DNA of 64,000 nt from an uncultured Candidatus Micrarchaeota archaeon (lineage in GTDB: Archaea; Micrarchaeota; Micrarchaeia; Micrarchaeales; Micrarchaeaceae): NCBI GenBank assembly GCA_963741095.1, contig CAVUGN010000011.1:35541-99540 (forward strand), given 5' to 3'. Position 1 is the stretch's first letter, and each line of letters opens with the position of its first letter. Below the pieces are notes generated by a model. That model did not search any database and had not been told where the DNA came from. It saw only the letters and a program-made list of their open reading frames with translations. This document shows positions 17,896 through 25,607 of this stretch, in pieces. The position numbers and the translations under genes are program-made.

Positions 17896-18839
17896 TGTTC
17901 TACTTCAATATCAAGTGACTTGAATCTTTCTATTGACCTTTTCCAAATAGTACTCCATGGCTCATTGTAGGCATTTCCTAAAACTACTTCCCTTAAATTA
18001 AGACACGGAGTGACATCTCCATTGACAAGCACGCCTGCTTGGATAACTCCGGCTGTGCAGGTCTTGAAATGGTATGAGTCAAGCAATGTCTCTTCCACTC
18101 TATCCGTGCATCTCTCTATCACTTCTACCACTTTAACGTTTTCTCTATCTAGTTGAGATCTCATATCCTCAACTCTGAGCATCAGATCATACATTTCATG
18201 CCTATCAACCACCAAGTCTTGGTATTTGTTGGGATCCACTGCAGGTTGCAGAGGCTCCAAGTTCAGCAGCTTCATCTGACTATATTTCTTCATCAAGACC
18301 TCCGTACTATTGAGCACATCATCCTGGTTTGCCTTAGTTATGACTATCCCGACTGTAAAGGGTATTTCATTTCTCTCAAGTATGTCAAGACCATCCAGAG
18401 TCTCAGCAGTCTTTCCTCGCGTCCTATCGTTTATTTCCGATCTTACACTATCTAAAGAGACTTGGATTGCGGCATCATTTCCTACGGCATTCTTTAATCT
18501 CATTAACTCTTCTTTTGTAAGCCTATTTATCAGCGTGCCATTGGTACTCACTTCCACTACAGTCTTGAACGTGTTCTTTGCGAGTTCAAACACATCAACT
18601 ATATCTCTTCTACTAAAGGGTTCTCCACCGATCAACAGTATCTCGAAGGGATTTGCCTCTTCCTTTGTTTTCTCAAAGAGATTTTTGAGTCTTTCGAGGG
18701 GTGGAGTGATATGAGTGAATGGCTGAGCATAACAGTAGGTGCAATTAAGATTGCACCCACTTACCACTTCAAACTCCACCCTGAAAGGCAAACTTGGCAA
18801 TATCTTCTGAGCCATCATGCACTCGCCTTGCTTCTGCAT
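17862..18839 (-). CDS. Radical SAM/SPASM-twitch maturase 2
   Basis: CNLNCTYC, GGEP, CTAG...NGDVTPC...LGNAYNEPWSTIW. Confidence 0.9.
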   Translation of the reverse strand: MQKQGECMMAQKILPSLPFRVEFEVVSGCNLNCTYCYAQPFTHITPPLERLKNLFEKTKEEANPFEILLIGGEPFSRRDIVDVFELAKNTFKTVVEVSTNGTLINRLTKEELMRLKNAVGNDAAIQVSLDSVRSEINDRTRGKTAETLDGLDILERNEIPFTVGIVITKANQDDVLNSTEVLMKKYSQMKLLNLEPLQPAVDPNKYQDLVVDRHEMYDLMLRVEDMRSQLDRENVKVVEVIERCTDRVEETLLDSYHFKTCTAGVIQAGVLVNGDVTPCLNLREVVLGNAYNEPWSTIWKRSIERFKSLDIEVEQCQCRAAKVNM

Positions 18840-19774
18840 TGCATTCCCTTTGGAAGAGTTTCGTATCTTTCAAGAGATCTTACCCATATATCATGCCACG
18901 ACTCCTTAAACACGTTTCCGATGTTTGCGTCTCTCATCAGTGCGCATGGGGATACATTTCCATTTGGGAACACTGTTGCTCTGAACACTCCAGCCAAACA
19001 CGTATCCATTTTGTATGTGTCGAGTACAGCAGGATCATTGCAGGCGCACTTGTCACCAGTTCCTGTGATTCGAACTGAACTACCCATGCGTGCTGCAGTA
19101 CCGCGAACTTGTACAATCAGAGCTGCCATCTCTTTTGCTCCGATGTCCAAGCTCTCATGATATCTCTCTTTATTTGAGAGGTTTGGCATCATTCGGTTCA
19201 AGTTAATCCCATGCAGGTGCTTGAACTCTGACATGAAGGCGACTTCGGTATCCATTATATCGTTGATATTCTCCTTGCTTACTACCGTTCCGATTGAGAA
19301 TGGAATTTGATGGTCATCCATCTTTTGCATCCCTCTGAAAACGGTGTCAGTCTTTCCTCTCAGCATATTGTTCAAAGAAGGCTTTGCGCTGTCTGCAGAT
19401 ATTTGGATAAAGGCATCATCTCCTGCTATTTTCTTTAGTCGTGCAAAGTCAGCTTCAGTCATTATGTCGAAGGCCGTTCCATTTGTGACTACTCCTACTC
19501 TCCTCCCAAAAAGGTTCCTCGACTCTTCAATCACGTCTAGTACGTCTTTGCGTGTGAATGGCTCGCCTCCGCAAAGGATTACCTCGAAGGGGTCTACTTC
19601 TTGCTTCGTCTTCTGAAGCATATATATCACGTCAACCAGAGGAGGCTCGTAATGTGAAAGGGGCTGGGCATAGCAATTTGGACATGCTAGATTGCACATT
19701 CCAGTCACCTCAATCTCTACTCTGAATGGAACTTGTGGCAGAATCATGTTTTTATTCTCCATATCAAACCCCAT
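18815..19774 (-). CDS. Radical SAM/SPASM-twitch maturase 1
   Basis: CNLACPNC, GGEP, CLAG...NGNVSPC...IGNVFKESWHDIW. Confidence 0.9.
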   Translation of the reverse strand: MGFDMENKNMILPQVPFRVEIEVTGMCNLACPNCYAQPLSHYEPPLVDVIYMLQKTKQEVDPFEVILCGGEPFTRKDVLDVIEESRNLFGRRVGVVTNGTAFDIMTEADFARLKKIAGDDAFIQISADSAKPSLNNMLRGKTDTVFRGMQKMDDHQIPFSIGTVVSKENINDIMDTEVAFMSEFKHLHGINLNRMMPNLSNKERYHESLDIGAKEMAALIVQVRGTAARMGSSVRITGTGDKCACNDPAVLDTYKMDTCLAGVFRATVFPNGNVSPCALMRDANIGNVFKESWHDIWVRSLERYETLPKGMQCRSKASA

Positions 19775-19785
19775 TTGGGTGGCAG

Positions 19786-20190
19786 TTAGACTGCCACCGT
19801 TTCCAGAAGATTCGGGTATTCTGCCCTAACATCTTCTACGTTCCTATCCAGTATGCTTTTCAGCAGACCGATAGTCTTTGCTGGAGCTGTGAAGATAGTG
19901 CTATCTTTCAGATTCATGATGAATCCGAAGAGTCCATCTTCTCTTACCTTGATACACTCAGACACCTTCATATCTGTTCCCCTTAGGAGTCCGGGTGTCA
20001 AAGGATTTATGCTGGAATTCATCCAATTGGAATGGCTCATCCAATTGCCATGACCATAGCCTCCAGCGTATGGCTTTTCTGCCCATTCTTGCTTTGCTCC
20101 AACTCTTGAGTACAGCTGTATGCCATACTCATTCTGCACTCTCGTGGCAGACTCCGCTTTTGATGCTTGTTTATCCATCTTTTCACCCAA
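19786..20190 (-). CDS. Putative RiPP precursor fused to a PqqD/RRE-like domain
   Basis: GHGNWMSHSNWMN repeat followed by KVSECIKVREDGLFGFIMNLKDSTIF (RRE-like beta strands); directly upstream of two SPASM enzymes. Confidence 0.5.
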   Translation of the reverse strand: MGEKMDKQASKAESATRVQNEYGIQLYSRVGAKQEWAEKPYAGGYGHGNWMSHSNWMNSSINPLTPGLLRGTDMKVSECIKVREDGLFGFIMNLKDSTIFTAPAKTIGLLKSILDRNVEDVRAEYPNLLETVAV

Positions 20191-20199
20191 TAGATAAGC

Positions 20200-20466
20200 T
20201 CAACTCTCGACCATCGATACGAATGCCCTGCTGATGCCGCGCGACGCGCGGTCCTTCTCGTTCTTCAGTTCGCTGTCGTCCCTGTAGAACCTGACCTCTG
20301 CCACGCAGTCGCCGTTGCTGTCGTAGAGAGGGATGCGCTGCCTGCGCCATATGTCCATCAGCCTCTCCGCGAGGTCGCCTTTCCCGCCCTTCAGCTGCAG
20401 GAATACGGTCCTGCACAACCCTTTCTTGCCTTTTCCGCTCGCTTGCGCTAGCTTGTTAGTTGTCAA
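20200..20466 (-). CDS. Conserved cassette small protein (RAM-like family)
   Basis: Near-identical to 8824-9114. Confidence 0.7.
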   Translation of the reverse strand: MTTNKLAQASGKGKKGLCRTVFLQLKGGKGDLAERLMDIWRRQRIPLYDSNGDCVAEVRFYRDDSELKNEKDRASRGISRAFVSMVES

Positions 20467-20508
20467 TTTCCCACCCAGTTTACTTTACACCCGCTTAACG
20501 TAATCTGA

Positions 20509-20685
20509 TTAACTCCTTGGATTCGCGTCTATCATGACGCTCATGCTCCCGGCTGACAGCTCCATCATATCGGATATGTAACCACCCACTTCGCTCTCCT
20601 TGCAATACGCCTTACCCTCCACACTGTTTGTGTGTACCCTCACGAGAACGTTCTTATCTAGCAATTTTCCTATTATGTTGTTCAT
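20509..20685 (-). CDS. Conserved 58-aa cassette protein
   Basis: Homologue of 9129-9317; GGTGA SD-like motif before ATG. Confidence 0.7.
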   Translation of the reverse strand: MNNIIGKLLDKNVLVRVHTNSVEGKAYCKESEVGGYISDMMELSAGSMSVMIDANPRS

Positions 20686-20710
20686 CTCACCACACCAATC
20701 ATAAATATAA

Positions 20711-20845
20711 TGGTGGGAGATTAGAGAGAAAGGCAGATATCGGACGTGGTAGAACTGAGGCCCGTTTGGGAAGAATTGTTGAAACAACGTGCATGCAAGA
20801 AGCCTGCACCCTCGTATTCAGAACCGACACTGTTATCACCCACCA
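20711..20845 (-). ncRNA. Predicted leader hairpin, divergent copy E
   Basis: Different sequence, same position; TGGTGGG/CCCACCA, TGTCGG/CCGATA, GAGG/CCTC; TATATATA upstream. Confidence 0.45.
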
Positions 20846-21030
20846 AGTCAATAATATGAATTTTGGACTATATATAGATGGCTTAGGGAGAAAGACATTC
20901 GCCATGCTCAAAGCGTTAATTAATACACCAATTTTTCGGTATAAGTTGCCAAAGTTAGTGTTACTGATAGGTATTCTTAACCATGCTACTAAGCGAAATC
21001 CTTAAATAGTATATATGTTGCAATTTACTT

Positions 21031-22485
21031 ATGCCTGATGTGCCGGCCAGCGTTGCGAGGGCGTACGAGAGCATAAAGGGAGAGTATCCGTACTTCGTAA
21101 GCCTGAAGAAGATCCACGGCAAATACTTTTATTTGTACAAGCAGAGCGTGCGGTGGGACAAGGAAGAGAAAAAACGGAAGACAGTTTCGAAGTACTTGGG
21201 CAAGATAACTCCTGATGGGCGTTTCATAAAGAAGATGCCTGGTCTGAGCAAGGATCTCGGTAGGGCAATGGCGGTAATAGAGTCTTATGGCGGCACCGTG
21301 GTCCTTCCCGAGAAAAGGGAAAGCGAACTGCAGGCTACGGCTTTAGAACAAGGCATCAGCGAAATCGACGACAGGTTGCTGACGGTACTTAGCATGAACG
21401 CAAGAGCAGACCTGTCGTACTTCGGGAAACAGATGGGCCTGACTGCATCGGCTACCTATTCAAGAGTAAGGCACCTCGAGCAGAAGTACGGGATAGGGTA
21501 CGTCCCCGAGATAGACATCAGGAAGCTTGGCTACCTTACTTACATGATATTCGTGAAGTTCGCGGAACAGCCGCCCAGCGCAGACTTGACGAAAGAAGCA
21601 CTGAAAAAAGAACCTATAATTCAGCTTGCCCTCCTGACACAAGGCAGGTATGACATAGTTATGTATGCCACGGTCGAGAATAGCGACGAGGCAAGGACAC
21701 AGATCTACGAGCTACAGGCGCGGGTGTTCCCGACTTATGAAGCGGAGTGGCATGTGGTGCCCTTCTACCCCACCTACGGCTTCGTGCCCCTGAGGCAGGA
21801 ATTCTTCGACCTGCTCGCGCAATCGGTATGGAAAAGGACGAAAGAGCAGCCGAGAAAGCGCAAGGGCCAGCTGACTCAGAAAGAGTACATTGTGCTCAGG
21901 GAGCTTAACGCCGATGGCGCAGCGAAGTTCTCCGAGATAGACAGAAAGCATGGGTTCGTCGGGGAGGGCGCGGCTTATACGTACCGCAAACTTATCGATA
22001 CGGGGTTACTGAAAAGGGTAACCATGACGATGCGGAGATTGCCCATGCAATACACGGCGATGTTACTTGCAGATATAACAAACAGGGCAAAGTACGCCAC
22101 GAGCAGGGAGAAGCTGCTGAAGGGGATAATCGAGAAAACTGCCACGCCAACCGATAGGTACGCCCTTGTCGGGGACAGGTGGACGCCTTTCGGCGTAGTA
22201 TTTGTGGTGCCGATATTCGGGGAAGTAGACCTAGAGAAAGCTGAGGGAGTAATAAAGAGCAGAATAGACGGCATCCAATTGGACAGGCTGATCGTGCTGG
22301 GCACATCAATAGGTTCAATGTGCTTTAGACGATTCGATAACAATTATTCCAACCAGCACAGGCTTCTGGTCGAGGAGTATAAGATGAAGGACTCGCTGAG
22401 AATGGATTACACGCTGACTGGAAAGGGGGGCATGTCTAGGATTTTAGGCGAAAACGAAGATAATCTTGCAGAAGAAGATAGCTAA
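21031..22485 (+). CDS. Tandem-Lrp/AsnC regulator, copy 6
   Basis: Same architecture; YGFVPLRQEFF, GSMCFRRFDN. Confidence 0.85.
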   Translation: MPDVPASVARAYESIKGEYPYFVSLKKIHGKYFYLYKQSVRWDKEEKKRKTVSKYLGKITPDGRFIKKMPGLSKDLGRAMAVIESYGGTVVLPEKRESELQATALEQGISEIDDRLLTVLSMNARADLSYFGKQMGLTASATYSRVRHLEQKYGIGYVPEIDIRKLGYLTYMIFVKFAEQPPSADLTKEALKKEPIIQLALLTQGRYDIVMYATVENSDEARTQIYELQARVFPTYEAEWHVVPFYPTYGFVPLRQEFFDLLAQSVWKRTKEQPRKRKGQLTQKEYIVLRELNADGAAKFSEIDRKHGFVGEGAAYTYRKLIDTGLLKRVTMTMRRLPMQYTAMLLADITNRAKYATSREKLLKGIIEKTATPTDRYALVGDRWTPFGVVFVVPIFGEVDLEKAEGVIKSRIDGIQLDRLIVLGTSIGSMCFRRFDNNYSNQHRLLVEEYKMKDSLRMDYTLTGKGGMSRILGENEDNLAEEDS

Positions 22486-22564
22486 ACACCATGAAAAATA
22501 CTGTGCAGAACATATATGATTACTACCATGAATGCGCTTTTCAGTCGCCATTAATCATAACGCT

Positions 22565-22588
22565 CTAACCGCTAGCTCCGCCATCCAT
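22565..22588 (-). CDS. Gly-rich micropeptide 6, MDGGASG
   Basis: ATG GAT GGC GGA GCT AGC GGT TAG. Confidence 0.65.
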   Translation of the reverse strand: MDGGASG

Positions 22589-22634
22589 AATCTCACTGTC
22601 CAAACCTCTCTGAAAAGGCTTAAATAGCTTGTGT
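22589..22634 (-). promoter_or_regulatory. Micropeptide promoter/SD block 6
   Basis: ACACAAGCTATTTAAGCCTTTTCAGAGAGGTTTGGACAGTGA. Confidence 0.7.
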
Positions 22635-22687
22635 TCTGATTGATGGCAGGCGAGCGCTCCATGCCTAGGCGCGGAGCGCCTAGAACA

Positions 22688-22840
22688 GTGCATGGCCAAC
22701 ATCAATCAGTAATGCATGTTGAACAGCGTCGAATCAACATCGTTTCCCAATCACACTTTTACGACGAAGAACCGGCTCCCCACTTGCATTTGTCGTCGGC
22801 ATACTTGGGATTCGAACACAGTGTTTTTGAATGAAATCTC
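22688..22840. repeat. TCGA-rich repeat copy (3' part degenerate)
   Basis: Aligns with 11211-11315. Confidence 0.75.
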
Positions 22841-22969
22841 TCCGAATCCAATTTAGTGAGGCTGCCGCAAATGTAGGCAGAATAACCTGCCCAAAAGCCT
22901 TATATAACTATTAATGCGCAATATCCACAAGGTGAAAAGGATGAAGGCTCAAATGGTGCGTACCTGCCA

Positions 22970-23287
22970 ATGGACAGGCACGGGTCGCTGCGCATCTCGC
23001 GCAATGCTATAACCAGCCTGAGGCATGTCCTTTCGAAAGCAGTAACTAAGAACCAGCTTCTGATCCTTCTAACAATTGACGGTACCGAGCAGAGCCTCAC
23101 CACTTTCCTAAGTAGGCTATCAACAACGAGCGGAGTTCCGCTGTCTACCTTGAAACTCAGCGTGCGGGTGCTGAGGGAATCAGGCTTGGTGATGCTGCAC
23201 CATTCTGGGGCCTGTAGTTACAACCATATTGAATTGTCAGAGGCTGGCCGGTTGGTCCTGGACGTAATTGTCTGTGATGATTATTGA
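22970..23287 (+). CDS. Winged-helix DNA-binding protein
   Basis: GVPLSTLKLSVRVLRESGLV...IELSEAGR wHTH pattern. Confidence 0.65.
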   Translation: MDRHGSLRISRNAITSLRHVLSKAVTKNQLLILLTIDGTEQSLTTFLSRLSTTSGVPLSTLKLSVRVLRESGLVMLHHSGACSYNHIELSEAGRLVLDVIVCDDY

Positions 23288-24048
23288 TTGGTGATGCAAT
23301 GGAAACAAAAAACAACAAAGAAGCGGGCATGTGCCACTTCCAGGTCGCTGCGAGCAGCCTCTCTGAAGATGCAATAAGGAGATTGGCAGAAACTGCAAGA
23401 AGTGGGTTTGGTAGCGCAATAACCTACGAGGATGCGAAGAACCATCTGCTTACTGGAGGGATATTGCATGTATTCGGGGGTTCTGACAGTGAAAATCTTG
23501 TCGGTTTTGCATCCTATAACCTTTACCACATCAAAGGTAACTCGATGGTTGACATCTCAGATATCCGTGATTGCTCAGTAGCCAAAGGAAAAAAGATCCT
23601 CTATGTCAATGGCATGGTAGTAAAAGAAGCGTACCAGGGCCATGGATTGCTATCCGCATCACTCAAATCGGTCATCAACGATACGCGGCCAACTCATCTA
23701 ATCCTGCGCACGCAGAATCCGGTGTCATACCATATACTAAGCAAGCTGGGCACTACCTATCCTTCGTTCGAGGCTCCCGTTGAGGAGGCGGTGGAGATGG
23801 CTGCGATGCTGGCATCAAAACTAAAGATGACTAGATACGCATCGCACGAATTCGTGGAGCGCGGCACGTACGGAACGTCCCTTTACGGCAAACCCCCCGA
23901 ATCAAAAGACAAATACGCGAACAGGCTTTTCACCGAGAAGCTAAACATCGACATTCGGCGGTGGCGATTCTGTTATTGTTGTGACGGAACTCGGACGCAG
24001 GCAAGCGTCGCTGGCGTTCGGAGAACCAGAAGCAGCTCGGCTGCTTAG
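23284..24048 (+). CDS. GNAT-family acetyltransferase, probable frameshift near 23955
   Basis: YVNGMVVKEAYQGHGL acyl-CoA motif; LRTQNP; an alternative frame gives GDSVIVV ending at 24058. Confidence 0.7.
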   Translation: MIGDAMETKNNKEAGMCHFQVAASSLSEDAIRRLAETARSGFGSAITYEDAKNHLLTGGILHVFGGSDSENLVGFASYNLYHIKGNSMVDISDIRDCSVAKGKKILYVNGMVVKEAYQGHGLLSASLKSVINDTRPTHLILRTQNPVSYHILSKLGTTYPSFEAPVEEAVEMAAMLASKLKMTRYASHEFVERGTYGTSLYGKPPESKDKYANRLFTEKLNIDIRRWRFCYCCDGTRTQASVAGVRRTRSSSAA

Positions 24049-24070
24049 ACTGGAATAAGAATACGCAAAG

Positions 24071-24844
24071 GTGATGCATGTGAAAGTAAAAGTTATTGGA
24101 AGCGGAAAAACTACTCTCGGAATAGTGGGATGCGTGCACGGCGACGAACTTATAGGAAAGAAGATGATAGACCGTCTCATAAAGGTCAAACCTCCAGAGA
24201 ACTTGAGACTCAAGCTGGTAGTGGCCAACGAAGCCGCAATGAAGAAAAATTTCAGGTTCGTCGAATCGGATCTGAACCGGAGTTTCAAAGGCGACCAACA
24301 TGGCACAATGGAAGAGAGACTTGCCTACAAAATAAACCAGGAACTTTCGGACTGCGACTACGTAATAGACTTGCATTCAACCCATGCAGAAATGGAATCC
24401 ATTGTGATAACGACTACGGGTACATTCAGTCGACCTGGCGTGAAACGCCTCATAAACTGCGTGCCGATCAGAAAGATCGTCATCATGAACAAGGCTATAG
24501 GTGGTGGCAGATCGCTGATAGATGCGGTGCGGGCGGGAGTGTCGATAGAGCTCAACAAGGACGTATCGTTCGCAAAGGTGTTTGACCTAATCAGCGAGTC
24601 GATAAAAAATCTCTCATCAGATAAGGCTTCAAAAGTGCGAAGAGAAACATTCAAGGCTGTAAGATTTGTCGATGGGCCGGCAGAACCTGCGAGGCTGCGC
24701 AACTTTGTTTTGGTAAACAAGGACGAGCCGTTCATGATGCGGTACAGTAAACCAGTGCTTGCAAGATACGACTTCTACCCTATTTTCGTAGGGGAGATTG
24801 GGTACAAAGACAAAGTCTGCATTGCCACAAAGAAGGTTGGTTGA
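24071..24844 (+). CDS. Succinylglutamate desuccinylase/aspartoacylase family (M14-like) deacylase
   Basis: VHGDE, DLNRSF, IDLHST motifs. Confidence 0.85.
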   Translation: MMHVKVKVIGSGKTTLGIVGCVHGDELIGKKMIDRLIKVKPPENLRLKLVVANEAAMKKNFRFVESDLNRSFKGDQHGTMEERLAYKINQELSDCDYVIDLHSTHAEMESIVITTTGTFSRPGVKRLINCVPIRKIVIMNKAIGGGRSLIDAVRAGVSIELNKDVSFAKVFDLISESIKNLSSDKASKVRRETFKAVRFVDGPAEPARLRNFVLVNKDEPFMMRYSKPVLARYDFYPIFVGEIGYKDKVCIATKKVG

Positions 24845-24924
24845 CGGCGCCGTACAGCGGAGCGGCGCAGGGATTGTCTTACAAATGCACCCTAACTCCG
24901 GATAATTGGTGCATAAATACCACC

Positions 24925-24952
24925 AAACATCATCGTTCCTCAATCACACTTA
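24925..24952. repeat. Terminal partial copy of the island repeat
   Basis: catcgttcctcaatcacactt resembles catcgtttcccaatcacactt at ~22738; lies just before ubiX. Confidence 0.55.
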
Positions 24953-25001
24953 CTTATCGAGGCGGTATGGGTATAAAAATCTCCTCTACCCTAACTAATC
25001 T

Positions 25002-25559
25002 GTGAAGATTATAGTTGCGCTTACTGGCGCTTCGGGGATTGCCTATGGGCTCAGACTAGCAGAAGCTCTGAAAACAGAGAAACTCAGCATAATCGTCAGC
25101 GAGAATGCCAAAAAAGTCATGGGATACGAAATCGGGGATGCTGGGAAAACCTTGAAGGAATTGGAGAAATACGGCAATCTCTACAACGAGAACGAGATAG
25201 ACGCCCCGCCCGCTTCCGGTTCATCCTCGTTCGATGCTATGGTGGTATGCCCGTGCTCGATGAAAACGCTCTCCGCGATCGCGAATGGCTACTCATACAA
25301 CCTGATAACGCGCAGTGCGGACGTCATGCTAAAGGAGAGAAGGAAGCTCGTGCTCGTTCCCAGGGAAACACCCGTCAGCGCGATACATCTCGAGAACATG
25401 CTCAAGCTCTCGAGGCTGGGCGTCATCATGCTGCCGGCCTCTCCCGGCCTTTACAACAAGCCAAAGAGCATTGACGATATCGTTAATTTCATCGTTGGCA
25501 AGATTCTCGATTCGTTGCGGGTCGAAAACAGCCTCTACAAGAGGTGGGATGCGAAATGA
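25002..25559 (+). CDS. ubiX: Flavin prenyltransferase
   Basis: ALTGASG, ASGS, PCSMKTL, PRETP. Confidence 0.95.
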   Translation: MKIIVALTGASGIAYGLRLAEALKTEKLSIIVSENAKKVMGYEIGDAGKTLKELEKYGNLYNENEIDAPPASGSSSFDAMVVCPCSMKTLSAIANGYSYNLITRSADVMLKERRKLVLVPRETPVSAIHLENMLKLSRLGVIMLPASPGLYNKPKSIDDIVNFIVGKILDSLRVENSLYKRWDAK

Positions 25560-25607
25560 GTCCTGATACTGGAATTGTGCCAACAAAGCCAATCCAGAGG
25601 TGTTTCC

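Noticed and set aside
22800-22825. GTTCGAATCCC on the minus strand, resembling a tRNA T-loop or att site
   Set aside because: No T-stem or acceptor stem pairing; it lies in the degenerate tail of the island repeat.
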